From positions 102,090-140,823 of the forward strand of contig JAOAJF010000001.1 of assembly GCA_026414325.1 (NCBI GenBank): 38,734 nucleotides of DNA, in the 5' to 3' direction. This stretch comes from Candidatus Micrarchaeota archaeon. Lineage in GTDB: Archaea; Micrarchaeota; Micrarchaeia; Anstonellales; Anstonellaceae. Each line of letters starts with the position of its first letter. The first letter of the stretch is position 1. Position numbers and translations under genes: made by a program. Under the pieces are notes generated by a model. That model was given only the letters and a program-made list of their open reading frames with translations. It made no database searches and was not told where the DNA came from. Positions 26,794 to 36,307 of the stretch are shown here, piece by piece.

Positions 26794-27456
26794 ATGGTTT
26801 ACAATCAATTTTTTAAAGCAGCTTTATTAACAGCAGTCATAGTTTTCTTCTCCTTTTTTTTAGCCTATATTATTGATTCAACTAGAACTGGAGAAGTAAA
26901 ATCTTTTGTACAAGATTTAATATTTGAAAGCGAGTCCAACCGACTTATCTCAAAATTTTATTTGTTTGCTGCAAATTCTACTAAAAAATGTGAAATTTTG
27001 CAAATTCCAAAAGAAGTTCAAACAGCAAAAACATATCAACTTGCTCTTAAATTTAAAGAGTATGAGCAGGCCAATCTTTTTAATACAGAATTAGAATATT
27101 TAAAAAAATCCTATTTTGTAAATTTATTTGACCTTTATTTATTAGCATTAGAAAAAAACAATGCCTGTCCTGAAAATAAAGATGTAATAGTTGTGTTTTT
27201 TTATCTTGAGGCAGCCTGCCCAGCTTGTATAGAGACCGACTATATTATTAGAAATGTAACTGCAAACTGCCAAAATATACAAACCTTTGCTTTTCCTTTA
27301 AATGTAAACTACTCTTTTATCAAAGCACTAAAAAATTACTATGCTCTAGAAGATGAACCAACACTGGTGATAAATAATAAAAAATATTCTATAACAAATT
27401 TAACAGAAGAAAAACTTTTAACACTGCTAAAATTAGAACAAGCTATTTGTAAATAA
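26794..27456 (+). CDS. Membrane-anchored thioredoxin-fold protein
   Basis: N-terminal TM segment, FFY....CPAC and cis-Pro motif EPTLVIN. Confidence 0.7.
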   Translation: MVYNQFFKAALLTAVIVFFSFFLAYIIDSTRTGEVKSFVQDLIFESESNRLISKFYLFAANSTKKCEILQIPKEVQTAKTYQLALKFKEYEQANLFNTELEYLKKSYFVNLFDLYLLALEKNNACPENKDVIVVFFYLEAACPACIETDYIIRNVTANCQNIQTFAFPLNVNYSFIKALKNYYALEDEPTLVINNKKYSITNLTEEKLLTLLKLEQAICK

Positions 27457-27471
27457 AACTGAGGGAAAAAA

Positions 27472-28800
27472 ATGCATTATGAGCGTTCTCATTTTACAAA
27501 AGAAGGAAAAAAAGAGCTAATCTTAATCGGCTTATTTATGTTCGCTTTAGTTGTTTTGATTTTTCTTTGGATCTCTTATAAAATAATATTTATTGTAAAT
27601 GGAATTATAATTATCTATATATTTTCTGTTTATTTATTTTTATTTTTAGACCATTCTCAAAAAGAGACTAAACTACCCACTTTAAAATCCTGGCCAGAAG
27701 TTTCAATTATAATTCCTTCGTTTAATTCTTCTCAAACTATCTTTAAGTGTCTTGAAGCTTGTAAAAGTTTAAACTATCCAAAAAATTTTGAAATAATTGT
27801 TGTTGATGACGGGAGCCAGGATGGCTCATATGAAAAACTCAAAGAAGTTAAAGGAATAAAACTTTTAAAAAATCCAAGAAATTTAGGAAAAGCAGCTGCT
27901 CTAAATCATGGTATAAAAAATGCAAAAGGAGAAATAATTGTTTGTGTAGACTCAGATTCTTATCCAGAAAAAGATACGTTAATCAAAACCATCCCTTATT
28001 TTTATTGTGAAGAAAAAGTTGGAAGTGTAGTTGTTTTTATCAAAGTTGCAGAACCAAAAACCCTTATACAAAAAATGCAGGAAATCGAATATAATCTTTC
28101 TTTTGGATTTTTTTTCAAAATTATTGCTTTTATAGATTGTTTATATGTTACCCCAGGTCCAACTTCTCTTTATCATAAAAAAGTTTTTGAAGAAATTGGC
28201 TATTTTGCAGAAGATAATATTACTGAAGATATGGAGATAGCTCTAAGAATACAAAAAAATGGTTGGAAAATAAAACGAGCTTCAGATGCAATAGCATATA
28301 CTGAAGTTCCAGCTGATCTTATAGGCTTATTTAAACAAAGGTTAAGATGGTTTAGAGGTGCAATTTATAATCTCTTAACTTATTTTGATATGTTCTTTAA
28401 TCCACGATATAAAACCTTGGGATTATTTATTTTACCTTTAGTTCTTTTTTCTGGATTTTTTACTGCAATCTTCTTTTTTTGGGCAATTTTAAATTATTTT
28501 GATTTATTTTGGAAATTCGCTCTTCCAACTTTTTTGTACTCTCCTATATTATTTTTTCAGTCTTTGGCTCTTTACTTTTTAGATATACGTTTAGTTAATT
28601 CATCATTTTTGTTAGGATTTTTTGGCTTTTTGTTTTGGTTATTTTTCTGCCTCAAAAGCTTTGAATTAGCAAATGAAAAGCTCAAAACTTATCACATACC
28701 TGGCTTTGTTTTAATGCTTTTCTTCTACCCTGTTTTTATTGGTTTTAGTTTTTTTGTAAGCTATCTTATGGAGTTTAGTGGCCAGCGCTATCGTTGGTAG
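27472..28800 (+). CDS. Processive GT2 glycosyltransferase (PgaC/IcaA/cellulose-synthase-like)
   Basis: IIPSFN, VVDDGSQD, GKAAALN, DSD, TED and QRLRW, with flanking TM helices. Confidence 0.92.
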   Translation: MHYERSHFTKEGKKELILIGLFMFALVVLIFLWISYKIIFIVNGIIIIYIFSVYLFLFLDHSQKETKLPTLKSWPEVSIIIPSFNSSQTIFKCLEACKSLNYPKNFEIIVVDDGSQDGSYEKLKEVKGIKLLKNPRNLGKAAALNHGIKNAKGEIIVCVDSDSYPEKDTLIKTIPYFYCEEKVGSVVVFIKVAEPKTLIQKMQEIEYNLSFGFFFKIIAFIDCLYVTPGPTSLYHKKVFEEIGYFAEDNITEDMEIALRIQKNGWKIKRASDAIAYTEVPADLIGLFKQRLRWFRGAIYNLLTYFDMFFNPRYKTLGLFILPLVLFSGFFTAIFFFWAILNYFDLFWKFALPTFLYSPILFFQSLALYFLDIRLVNSSFLLGFFGFLFWLFFCLKSFELANEKLKTYHIPGFVLMLFFYPVFIGFSFFVSYLMEFSGQRYRW

Positions 28801-29662
28801 GTTTTAATAAGCAATATCCAGCAAGTTTATATGCTAATTTAGCACAACTAAATTCACTATAATTTTCTCCTACAATAGGTGCAAGCTCAACAATATCAAA
28901 ACCAACAACTTCTTTTTTTGTACAAACTTGCTTTAGCAGCTTTAGTGTTTCATTCCATCCCAATCCTCCTGGTTCAGGGGTACCTGTGGCTGGGATTATG
29001 GCTGGATCAAAACCATCAACATCTATAGTGATATAAACTTTGTTTTTTAGCTGCTGTAAAATCTTTTTTATTTCTTCTTCTCCAATTTCAGGCCCATAGA
29101 AATATTCTTTATAGTTTTTTTCAATAATTTCTGCCTCTTGCTTAGAGTAGCTTCTTATTCCAACAGAAACTACTGGACAAATTTCTCTTACTCTTGCCAT
29201 AACACAAGCATGGTTATATTCTGAGCCCATATAATTTTTACGCATATCTGCATGCGCATCAATTTGCAAAACTTCTATTTTACTAAAAAATTCTTTAGAA
29301 GCTTTAATTGGGCCAAGAGAAATAGAGTGCTCTCCTCCAAATATAATGGGAAATTTTTTATCTTCTAAAACTTTTTTTGTTGTTTTATAAACTTGCTCTA
29401 TAGCTTTGCTAACACTAAGTTTTTGGATTTTTAATGGCTTTAGAGTATTAAAACCTATTTTATCAATAAAATCGTCTTTTAGTTCTATATCGTAAGTTTC
29501 AACCTGGTTTGAGGCATGTATTATTGCTTTCGGACCTAAAGCTTGGCCTTTTCTATAAGTTGAAGTTCCCTGATAAGGTGCTTGAATTACAACTGCTCTT
29601 GACTTTTCGTAAGGATAATTAAAACCCATAAAACTATTTTTATCTTCTAGCAACTTTCTCAC
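28775..29662 (-). CDS. speB: Agmatinase
   Basis: GP.AI..AS, GGEHSIS, DAHAD, DVDGFDP, GTPEPGG and DIVEL motifs. Confidence 0.94.
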   Translation of the reverse strand: MRKLLEDKNSFMGFNYPYEKSRAVVIQAPYQGTSTYRKGQALGPKAIIHASNQVETYDIELKDDFIDKIGFNTLKPLKIQKLSVSKAIEQVYKTTKKVLEDKKFPIIFGGEHSISLGPIKASKEFFSKIEVLQIDAHADMRKNYMGSEYNHACVMARVREICPVVSVGIRSYSKQEAEIIEKNYKEYFYGPEIGEEEIKKILQQLKNKVYITIDVDGFDPAIIPATGTPEPGGLGWNETLKLLKQVCTKKEVVGFDIVELAPIVGENYSEFSCAKLAYKLAGYCLLKPTNDSAGH

Positions 29663-29704
29663 CTAAGGACAATCTTTTTAAAATTATATAACTTAATTTT
29701 ATTA

Positions 29705-30577
29705 ATGGGAGGTTTAAAATATTTATTTGAATGGCTAAAGCTTACTAGGTTTGAGCATGCTCTTTTATCTTCTTTTGGAGTGTTAATAGGCTTGCTTTTA
29801 GCCCCCTCCTCTATACCTCTTCATACTCTTTTTTTTGTTTTTGCAGTTCCAATATTAATAAATTTAGGAGCATTTATTCTAAATGATTATTATGATATAG
29901 CTACAGACATTGCAAACAAAAGATTTGACAGACCACTAGTGAAACAAACAATAAAGAAAAATCATGCATTTGCTGTTGCAATTTTATTATTACTTTTAGG
30001 AATAGTTTGCAGCTTTTTTATAAATATTTTTGCAGCAGCTATAGCCATTCTTTTTGCAATTCTTTCCTTTCTATATAATTATAAACTAAAAGAGTTGCCT
30101 TTAGTTGGAAACATAGTTATTGCTCTTTGTATGGCTATTGCTTTTCCCTTTGGTTATGTTTCTAGTACCAATTCTCTTGACTTTCCAGCCTCAGTTTCTC
30201 TTCTATTTTTTGGAGCATTTTTTGTAGGGCTAGCTAGGGAGATAATAAAATCTATTCAAGATATGCACGGAGATAGCCTAACAAGAAACTCAAAAACACT
30301 CCCTATTTTAATAGGAAAAGAGAAATCAGCATTTTATGCTTCTTTGCTTTTTTTACTTTTTTGTTTTTATATTCTTTTGTTTTTATTTTTAGTTGATGAT
30401 TTAGAATGGAATTACTTTTCTATTTCTTTAATTTTAATTTCTTTATTTGCATTTTTTGCATTAGCTTACAAATCTTATAAGTTGGATGGGTTAGAAGAAA
30501 TACGAAAGGTCTCTCTTTTTAATCTATTTATTATTATGCTAGCAATATTTTTAGCAGGGTGGTCTAAATGGATGTAA
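29705..30577 (+). CDS. UbiA-family prenyltransferase, probable digeranylgeranylglyceryl phosphate synthase
   Basis: NDYYD...D..N...RP, YN..LK..PLVGN and REIIKSIQD..GD motifs. Confidence 0.88.
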   Translation: MGGLKYLFEWLKLTRFEHALLSSFGVLIGLLLAPSSIPLHTLFFVFAVPILINLGAFILNDYYDIATDIANKRFDRPLVKQTIKKNHAFAVAILLLLLGIVCSFFINIFAAAIAILFAILSFLYNYKLKELPLVGNIVIALCMAIAFPFGYVSSTNSLDFPASVSLLFFGAFFVGLAREIIKSIQDMHGDSLTRNSKTLPILIGKEKSAFYASLLFLLFCFYILLFLFLVDDLEWNYFSISLILISLFAFFALAYKSYKLDGLEEIRKVSLFNLFIIMLAIFLAGWSKWM

Positions 30578-31455
30578 TAACAAAAACCTCTCTACCTTTG
30601 GAAAAATTCTCGAGCGGAAAAGTTCGAGACACCTATGTTTTGGATTCAAAAACGCTTTTGATGGTCTGCACTGATAGAATCAGTGCATTTGACGTTGTTT
30701 TTGAGCAAGGTATTCCTTATAAAGGAGTAGTTTTAAACCAACTTTCGATTTTTTGGTTTAATTTTTTAAAATCAGTTATTGATTCACACTATATTAAGGA
30801 TTTTTCTCTTCCAAAAAATTTACAAAAAAGAAAAGAAAGACTTGAGCTTCGGGCGATGGCTGTAAAAAGAGCAAAACCAATAAAATTAGAGTGTGTTGTA
30901 CGAGGATATTTAGCAGGTTCTGGTTACAAGGAATATCTGGAAAAGCAGTCGGTCTGTTCTATTCCTCTTCCTTCTGGTTTAAAACTAGCTTCTAAACTTC
31001 CTGAACCAATTTTCACTCCTTCTACAAAAGCAGATGTTGGTCATGATCAAAATATTTCTTACAAAGAAGCAGAAAAGTTGGTGGGAAAAGACACCTTTGA
31101 ATTTTTAAAAGAGAAAAGTATAGAAATTTATACTAAAGCTTCAGATTATGCACTCAAAAAAGGAATAATATTAGCAGATACAAAATTTGAATTTGGTTTT
31201 TTTGAAGACAAAATAATTTTAATAGACGAGGTTTTAACTCCAGACTCTTCAAGATATTGGGATGCAAGCACCTATAAAGAAGGAATAAGCCCCCCATCAT
31301 TTGATAAGCAATATGTAAGGGATTACTTGGAGTCAACTGGTTGGAACAAAACTCCACCAGCCCCACCCCTTCCACCAAATATAATAAAAAATACTACTAA
31401 AAAATATATCGAAGCATACGAAAAATTAGTTGGAAAAAAATTTAGTTGGAGGTGA
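30568..31455 (+). CDS. purC: SAICAR synthetase
   Basis: [38 protein letters not shown] and DKQ.VRD motifs. Confidence 0.97.
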   Translation: MDVITKTSLPLEKFSSGKVRDTYVLDSKTLLMVCTDRISAFDVVFEQGIPYKGVVLNQLSIFWFNFLKSVIDSHYIKDFSLPKNLQKRKERLELRAMAVKRAKPIKLECVVRGYLAGSGYKEYLEKQSVCSIPLPSGLKLASKLPEPIFTPSTKADVGHDQNISYKEAEKLVGKDTFEFLKEKSIEIYTKASDYALKKGIILADTKFEFGFFEDKIILIDEVLTPDSSRYWDASTYKEGISPPSFDKQYVRDYLESTGWNKTPPAPPLPPNIIKNTTKKYIEAYEKLVGKKFSWR

Positions 31456-31459
31456 GCAA

Positions 31460-31885
31460 ATGCCAAAGGTTTTGATTTTGGTTGGAAGCCAGTCCGATTT
31501 AGAGCATGCAAACAAATGCTCTGAGATTCTAACCAAATACGGAGTAGAAAACAAAGTTGAGGTTGCATCAGCCCATAGAGATCCAAAGAAAGTAGACGAG
31601 CTTGTAACAAACTCTGACGCAGATATTTTCATCGCAATGGCAGGACTTTCAGCAGCTTTGCCTGGTGTTGTAGCATCCAAAACAATAAAACCAGTTATAG
31701 GTGTTCCTCTAAATGTAAAACTGGATGGGCTAGATGCACTTTTATCAACTATGAACATTCCAGCAGGAGTTCCAGTAGCTACAGTGGGAATAGATAATGC
31801 AAAAAACGCTGCCTTTTTAGCTCTTAGAATATTGGCTCTAAAAGATAGCAAATTGCAAAAAAATTTAAAACCAGCAATGTCCTAA
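31460..31885 (+). CDS. purE: AIR carboxylase / N5-CAIR mutase
   Basis: [29 protein letters not shown] and P.GVPVATV. ATG 31460 follows GGAGGTG. Confidence 0.96.
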   Translation: MPKVLILVGSQSDLEHANKCSEILTKYGVENKVEVASAHRDPKKVDELVTNSDADIFIAMAGLSAALPGVVASKTIKPVIGVPLNVKLDGLDALLSTMNIPAGVPVATVGIDNAKNAAFLALRILALKDSKLQKNLKPAMS

Positions 31886-31894
31886 AATCTTTTT

Positions 31895-32647
31895 ATGAAA
31901 TCCAAACTATTTTTTTTATTTTTTAATTTTCTTGTTTATTTTTTTCTTTGCTCTTCTTATTCTTCTATTTATCTTTCTGAGGCAAATTTAGTTGGGCAGA
32001 GTGTAGAAATCTTAGTAGAAAATGGCTCAAATGCTACTCTTGAAATAACTCGGCCTGATGGTTCAACTTTTTCTAAACAGCTTGATCAATCTGGGCAGAC
32101 AAGAATTTTTTTGGATCAGCCAGGACTTTGGAAATTTTCTTACCTTTCTGAGTCAAAAACACTTTATATTAAAGATACAAAACAATCAACAAAAGAAGAG
32201 CAAAATCTTACAGAACAATTCTTTGTAGTTGGATTTTTTCTACTCTTATTAATCTCAGCTATTTTGGTGTATCTATTATTCAATCTTTATAAGAATATGA
32301 ATATAAAAGAACCCTCTCTTTCAAAAACTTCAGCTAACCAACAGCTCACAATAACCTTTCAGGCTTCTAAGGACTTATTAGAAAATGTTGTTTTAAAAAT
32401 AAAATTAGAAAACGATGAAATTGTTTTAAGAAAAGAAAAACTTCAACCATTTCAAAAACTTTCCTATTCTTGTCCATCCTCAGCTTTTAAGACAGCTACT
32501 GTTAATTATCAAATAGGTGAGCAAAAATATCATATTTCTTTAGATGAGCCTTCTTGCCTTTCTCATTCTCCAGAAGAACAAAAAATAGAAAAAACCCCCC
32601 TCAAAGAAAATCAAAAACAAAAAAGAAAACTCCAAAAACTAGATTAA
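31895..32647 (+). CDS. Hypothetical membrane protein (signal peptide, beta-rich domain, TM, cytoplasmic domain)
   Basis: Signal-like N-terminus, ITRPDG...PGLW beta-sandwich-like segment, one TM and a basic tail. Confidence 0.65.
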   Translation: MKSKLFFLFFNFLVYFFLCSSYSSIYLSEANLVGQSVEILVENGSNATLEITRPDGSTFSKQLDQSGQTRIFLDQPGLWKFSYLSESKTLYIKDTKQSTKEEQNLTEQFFVVGFFLLLLISAILVYLLFNLYKNMNIKEPSLSKTSANQQLTITFQASKDLLENVVLKIKLENDEIVLRKEKLQPFQKLSYSCPSSAFKTATVNYQIGEQKYHISLDEPSCLSHSPEEQKIEKTPLKENQKQKRKLQKLD

Positions 32648-32649
32648 TT

Positions 32650-33081
32650 TTATTTTTCATAACGATGGGATGGGTAAATAACGTTTAGATAGTAAAAAAA
32701 TAGAAGTAAAATTACATCAAAAACAAAGAATAGAATTAAGAAATCCTCTTTTAAAAACCAAAAAAACAAAACATTTGGTATTATAAAATAAATATTTTTT
32801 TCAACAAGTTGGTAAAGAATATATTGCAAAATTAAAATATTTAAAAAAATTAATCCTTGTTTTGCCTTCACACTTTTTAGAGAATAATAGAGATTTAATA
32901 GCAAATAGAAAGTTATTATAAAAAACAAAAAAATCATATTAAACTCTTTTCCATATTTTAAAAAAAATAAGAAAGCAATTATTATACTTAAAATTTCATT
33001 TACTGAAAAAAGAATTATTTTATATAGTTCATATTCTTTTTTGTATTCTGGTTTTTTTATCTTTTTAAGCCATCGATACAC
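32650..33081 (-). CDS. Hypothetical membrane protein
   Basis: Hydrophobic ORF abutting the rsmA stop codon; GTG start. Confidence 0.55.
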   Translation of the reverse strand: MYRWLKKIKKPEYKKEYELYKIILFSVNEILSIIIAFLFFLKYGKEFNMIFLFFIITFYLLLNLYYSLKSVKAKQGLIFLNILILQYILYQLVEKNIYFIIPNVLFFWFLKEDFLILFFVFDVILLLFFYYLNVIYPSHRYEK

Positions 33082-33858
33082 TCATTCCACCAATTTTTTA
33101 GCAATCTGATTTATTTCCTGCCAATTTAGCATAAATACTTTTTTATCATAATTTTTAAATTTTTTTAATTTTTCCCCAACTTCTTCTTTTGTCCAACCAA
33201 AGAAATGTCTTGAGCGTTTTATAGCATTTTTTACATCTGCTAATCTGTGGGCAAATAATGCAGCTGAAACTAATTCAAAATTTTTAGAAAGTTTTGGAGT
33301 TTTTTTTCTTTTGAGCATAATTATCTGCGAATCTACTTTGGGTTTAGGATAGAAATTTTCTTTTGATACTTGTGCAATTTGCTCAATATCAAAATAAGCC
33401 TGAGCTAGTGCACTAATTCGACCATATTCTGAGGTAGCTGGAGGTGCTGCTAGACGTTGGCAAAATTCTTTTTGCATCATTAAAATTGCTTTTTCAAACT
33501 CTATTTTGCGCAATTTTAAAATAATCTTACTGCTTATGTTGTATGGAACATTGCCAATAATTATATCAATTTTTTTTATATCTAAGTTTAAAAAATCCTC
33601 ATTTACTATTTCAAGTCTTCCCTGGCTAATTTCATTTTTAAATTTTTTTTCTAATTGATAGCAAAGCTCTCTATCTATTTCTATAGCTAGTACTTTTTTT
33701 GGTCTTTGTTCTAAAAGCTTTTTAGTAAGTCTTCCATCCCCAGCCCCGATCTCAAGAACTTCTTTATTGGCTAAATTTGTTATTTTTGCTTCTAGCTCTA
33801 AAACATCCTCGTTCTTTAAAAAATGTTGTCCAAAAATTTTAGTTTTTTTTGTCTTCAT
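33082..33858 (-). CDS. rsmA: 16S rRNA adenine dimethyltransferase KsgA/RsmA
   Basis: FGQHFL, EIGAG.G.LT, GNVPYNIS, MMQKEF, YGRIS and FYPKPKVDS motifs. Confidence 0.96.
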   Translation of the reverse strand: MKTKKTKIFGQHFLKNEDVLELEAKITNLANKEVLEIGAGDGRLTKKLLEQRPKKVLAIEIDRELCYQLEKKFKNEISQGRLEIVNEDFLNLDIKKIDIIIGNVPYNISSKIILKLRKIEFEKAILMMQKEFCQRLAAPPATSEYGRISALAQAYFDIEQIAQVSKENFYPKPKVDSQIIMLKRKKTPKLSKNFELVSAALFAHRLADVKNAIKRSRHFFGWTKEEVGEKLKKFKNYDKKVFMLNWQEINQIAKKLVE

Positions 33859-34427
33859 CCTCTATCCTTAAATTGGATTTTTTTTGGTTTTACAAATAAA
33901 TAGTTTTTTTCATTCCCTTCGATTTCTTTTACTATTCGATTTACAATCATCATTGCTGGATCTGGCAAAAAACTTATTCTTCTTTTTATGTCCTCGTAGC
34001 TTTCAAAAGGCTTTTTTTCTCTTTCTTCTAAAATCTGATTTAGGTGTTTTTTTCCTATCCCTTGTAAAAATTCCAGTTGGTGCAATCTAATTGAGAGTGG
34101 GCCGGCTTTATTATAAAAATTTACAAAGTCTTTTTCTCTAAATTCCACTATCTTTTTTAATGTTGGTTCTAATTCAGCTTTTGCTGTTGAGGTCAACTCA
34201 TTATAATCTATTCTTCTTTTTATTTTTTCAATTTCATTTCTTTGATTTTTTCCAACATATACTCTTGAGCCAAATTTTAATTCAACATTTTGCTTGGCAA
34301 TTCCCTCTAATAATATAAAATATTTTTCTCCTACTAACTGAACAAGCCTTTCTTTGTTTTTTTGATCGGCTTTTCCATAGGGTAAAAAATCAATAACCCA
34401 ACCCCACTCCTCTTTTTCTTCCTCCAT
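33855..34427 (-). CDS. DUF655 putative RNA-binding protein
   Basis: DFLPYG, F.LLE, F..F.N.AGP...RLHQLE.L.GIGKK; conserved position between rpo4 and rsmA. Confidence 0.92.
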   Translation of the reverse strand: MEEEKEEWGWVIDFLPYGKADQKNKERLVQLVGEKYFILLEGIAKQNVELKFGSRVYVGKNQRNEIEKIKRRIDYNELTSTAKAELEPTLKKIVEFREKDFVNFYNKAGPLSIRLHQLEFLQGIGKKHLNQILEEREKKPFESYEDIKRRISFLPDPAMMIVNRIVKEIEGNEKNYLFVKPKKIQFKDRG

Positions 34428-34475
34428 TTAACTACCCTTATTTTATTTCTTCTTTACTTTATATAATTCTTTGGC

Positions 34476-34883
34476 CTATTCCTTTTTGTCTTTAGCTTCC
34501 TTTTTTTCTTTTTCTTTTTCTTCTGAAGAAGAAGAGTATCTAGCCTTATCCTCGTATTCTTTTACATATTTCATTATTTGTTCTATTTTTGAATCATCCA
34601 AAATTATTTTGTCTTTTGCCAATATCAATAAAAGAGTTTCTTTAAACTTTGGCAAGATATCAGCTATTTTAATAGCTGTTTCTAAATTCATACCTTCAAT
34701 TTCTAATAATTTTTCAATAAGCTCCTGGCTTTGTTTTTTATTTAATTTTTTAAATTTTTCAACATAGGAGAGAGTGGTTTGCTGTTCATAACCTATTTCA
34801 GACTCCTGAAGCCTTTGTTGCATTATTTCATAAACTTCTGCTAAAGTAATAGGTTTTATCTCTAATTCTTTTCTTCCAACCAT
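34476..34883 (-). CDS. rpo4: RNA polymerase subunit Rpo4 (F)
   Basis: PITLAEV, YEQ..TL.Y..KF and AIKIADILP; conserved gene order. Confidence 0.92.
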   Translation of the reverse strand: MVGRKELEIKPITLAEVYEIMQQRLQESEIGYEQQTTLSYVEKFKKLNKKQSQELIEKLLEIEGMNLETAIKIADILPKFKETLLLILAKDKIILDDSKIEQIMKYVKEYEDKARYSSSSEEKEKEKKEAKDKKE

Positions 34884-34894
34884 CTAACCCACCT

Positions 34895-35173
34895 TTATAC
34901 TTCCTTTATATGCTCGCAATTTGCAATTATTATCTTGTTTTTTTCCCCATCTTTTATCTCTATCTCGTATGCTTTTCCCTTTTTTCCAATAATTTTTCCC
35001 ACTCTTCCTTTATATTTTGGATGGGGCATCCCAGCAGGATAACGAGGATGAGGAACTATTGCGACCTTTTGGCCAATCTCGTATTTTTTAACCAATACGC
35101 TTGCTGTTAGCTTTAGGGCATTGTTACCAACCTTTCTAGTTCTTTTTGACATTTTTCCCTTTGACCTTTTCAT
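34895..35173 (-). CDS. rpl21e: 50S ribosomal protein eL21 (L21e)
   Basis: RSKG...RTR, GMPH..Y.GRVG and EHIK motifs. Confidence 0.95.
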   Translation of the reverse strand: MKRSKGKMSKRTRKVGNNALKLTASVLVKKYEIGQKVAIVPHPRYPAGMPHPKYKGRVGKIIGKKGKAYEIEIKDGEKNKIIIANCEHIKEV

Positions 35174-35319
35174 AAACTACTACCTCTAAGAAAGCTGTAA
35201 TTATATTATTTTATTTTACTCTTTTTAAACTTTTTATTCTTTTTATTCTACTTTTTAAAGCAGGAAGGTTTTTAAACTTACTATGTTCCTTTTTAAATAT
35301 ATCGCTTAAGGGTGTTTTA

Positions 35320-35610
35320 ATGGCAATTGTTATAAAACCAACATTTAGAATAGAAAATATCGTTGCTTCAGCAGATTTAAATTTAGAATTAGATCTTTAT
35401 TCTATCTCTTTTAAGGTTTATGATGTAGAATATGAACCAGAGCAATTTCCAGGAGCAATCTTTAAACTCAAAGAGCCAAAATCTTCCCTACTATTGTTTA
35501 AAAATGGAAAAATAATTTGCACTGGCTGTAAATCAGAAAAAGAAGTAGAACTAGCTCTAAAAAAGACAGCTCAAATTCTAAAACCCTTTGCTTCCAAGAA
35601 GGAGGACTAA
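35320..35610 (+). CDS. tbp: Single-repeat (half-length) TATA-box-binding protein
   Basis: RIENIVAS, YEPEQFPG, EPKS.LLLF.NGKIICTG.KS. Only one TBP repeat in 96 aa, with its own SD (GGTG, 5 nt) and stop; the next gene starts 1 nt after the stop. Confidence 0.9.
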   Translation: MAIVIKPTFRIENIVASADLNLELDLYSISFKVYDVEYEPEQFPGAIFKLKEPKSSLLLFKNGKIICTGCKSEKEVELALKKTAQILKPFASKKED

Positions 35611-35611
35611 A

Positions 35612-36244
35612 ATGCCAAATCCTTTATTATTAGATTTTGTTGGACTTACCCTAGCTATACTTTTTGGTTTAATTGTTTTGATTTTTGGCTCAACTAATTT
35701 CTTCATAATTTTTCTAATTTTTTTAGTCTTGTCAGTAGCTGTAACCAGATATGGCTCTAAAAAAAAGAGAGAAAATGCTTTGTATGAGCATGAGAGAAGT
35801 TGGGAAAATGTTCTTTCAAACGGCTTAGTTCCAACCTCTATTGTGTTTTTACCTTACTTTGGGCTAAATCCAATAGGTGCTTATATTGGTTCAGTTGCAG
35901 CAATAACTGCTGATAAATTTGCCTCAGAACTTGGTGTATTGGGCCCTCCTCCAATAGACCTAGCAACTTTAAAAAAGGCGAGGAACGGTCAGAGTGGCTG
36001 TATTTCTTCTTTTGGAACATTTATGTCTTTTGTAGGAGCTTTAATTATAGGCTTATTTGCACATTTTTTATTTTTTGATTTAATTGGGCCTTGGAAGATT
36101 TTCACCATAGCTTTTATTGGTTTGTTTGGTTCTTTGGCTGATTCCCTAGCAGGAGTTTTAGAAGAGAAAGGAATAGGAAATAAGTCTACTTCTAATTTGG
36201 TCTGCTCTTTGGTTGGAGCAATCTTAGGTTTAGCTTTTATATAA
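35612..36244 (+). CDS. DUF92 (TMEM19-like) membrane protein
   Basis: R...NVL.NG, ADKFASELG, SG.IS..GT and DSL.G motifs. ATG 35612 follows GGAGG. Confidence 0.9.
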   Translation: MPNPLLLDFVGLTLAILFGLIVLIFGSTNFFIIFLIFLVLSVAVTRYGSKKKRENALYEHERSWENVLSNGLVPTSIVFLPYFGLNPIGAYIGSVAAITADKFASELGVLGPPPIDLATLKKARNGQSGCISSFGTFMSFVGALIIGLFAHFLFFDLIGPWKIFTIAFIGLFGSLADSLAGVLEEKGIGNKSTSNLVCSLVGAILGLAFI

Positions 36245-36307
36245 TTTTTATTTAAAATTAATCAATTTTAAAAAAACATTTTTATATTTTAGTGTTTTTA
36301 TTGTTCT

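Noticed and set aside
35588-35612. Frameshift continuing the TBP into a second repeat
   Set aside because: The downstream sequence encodes DUF92 with its own GGAGG-ATG, and I saw no TBP motifs in it.
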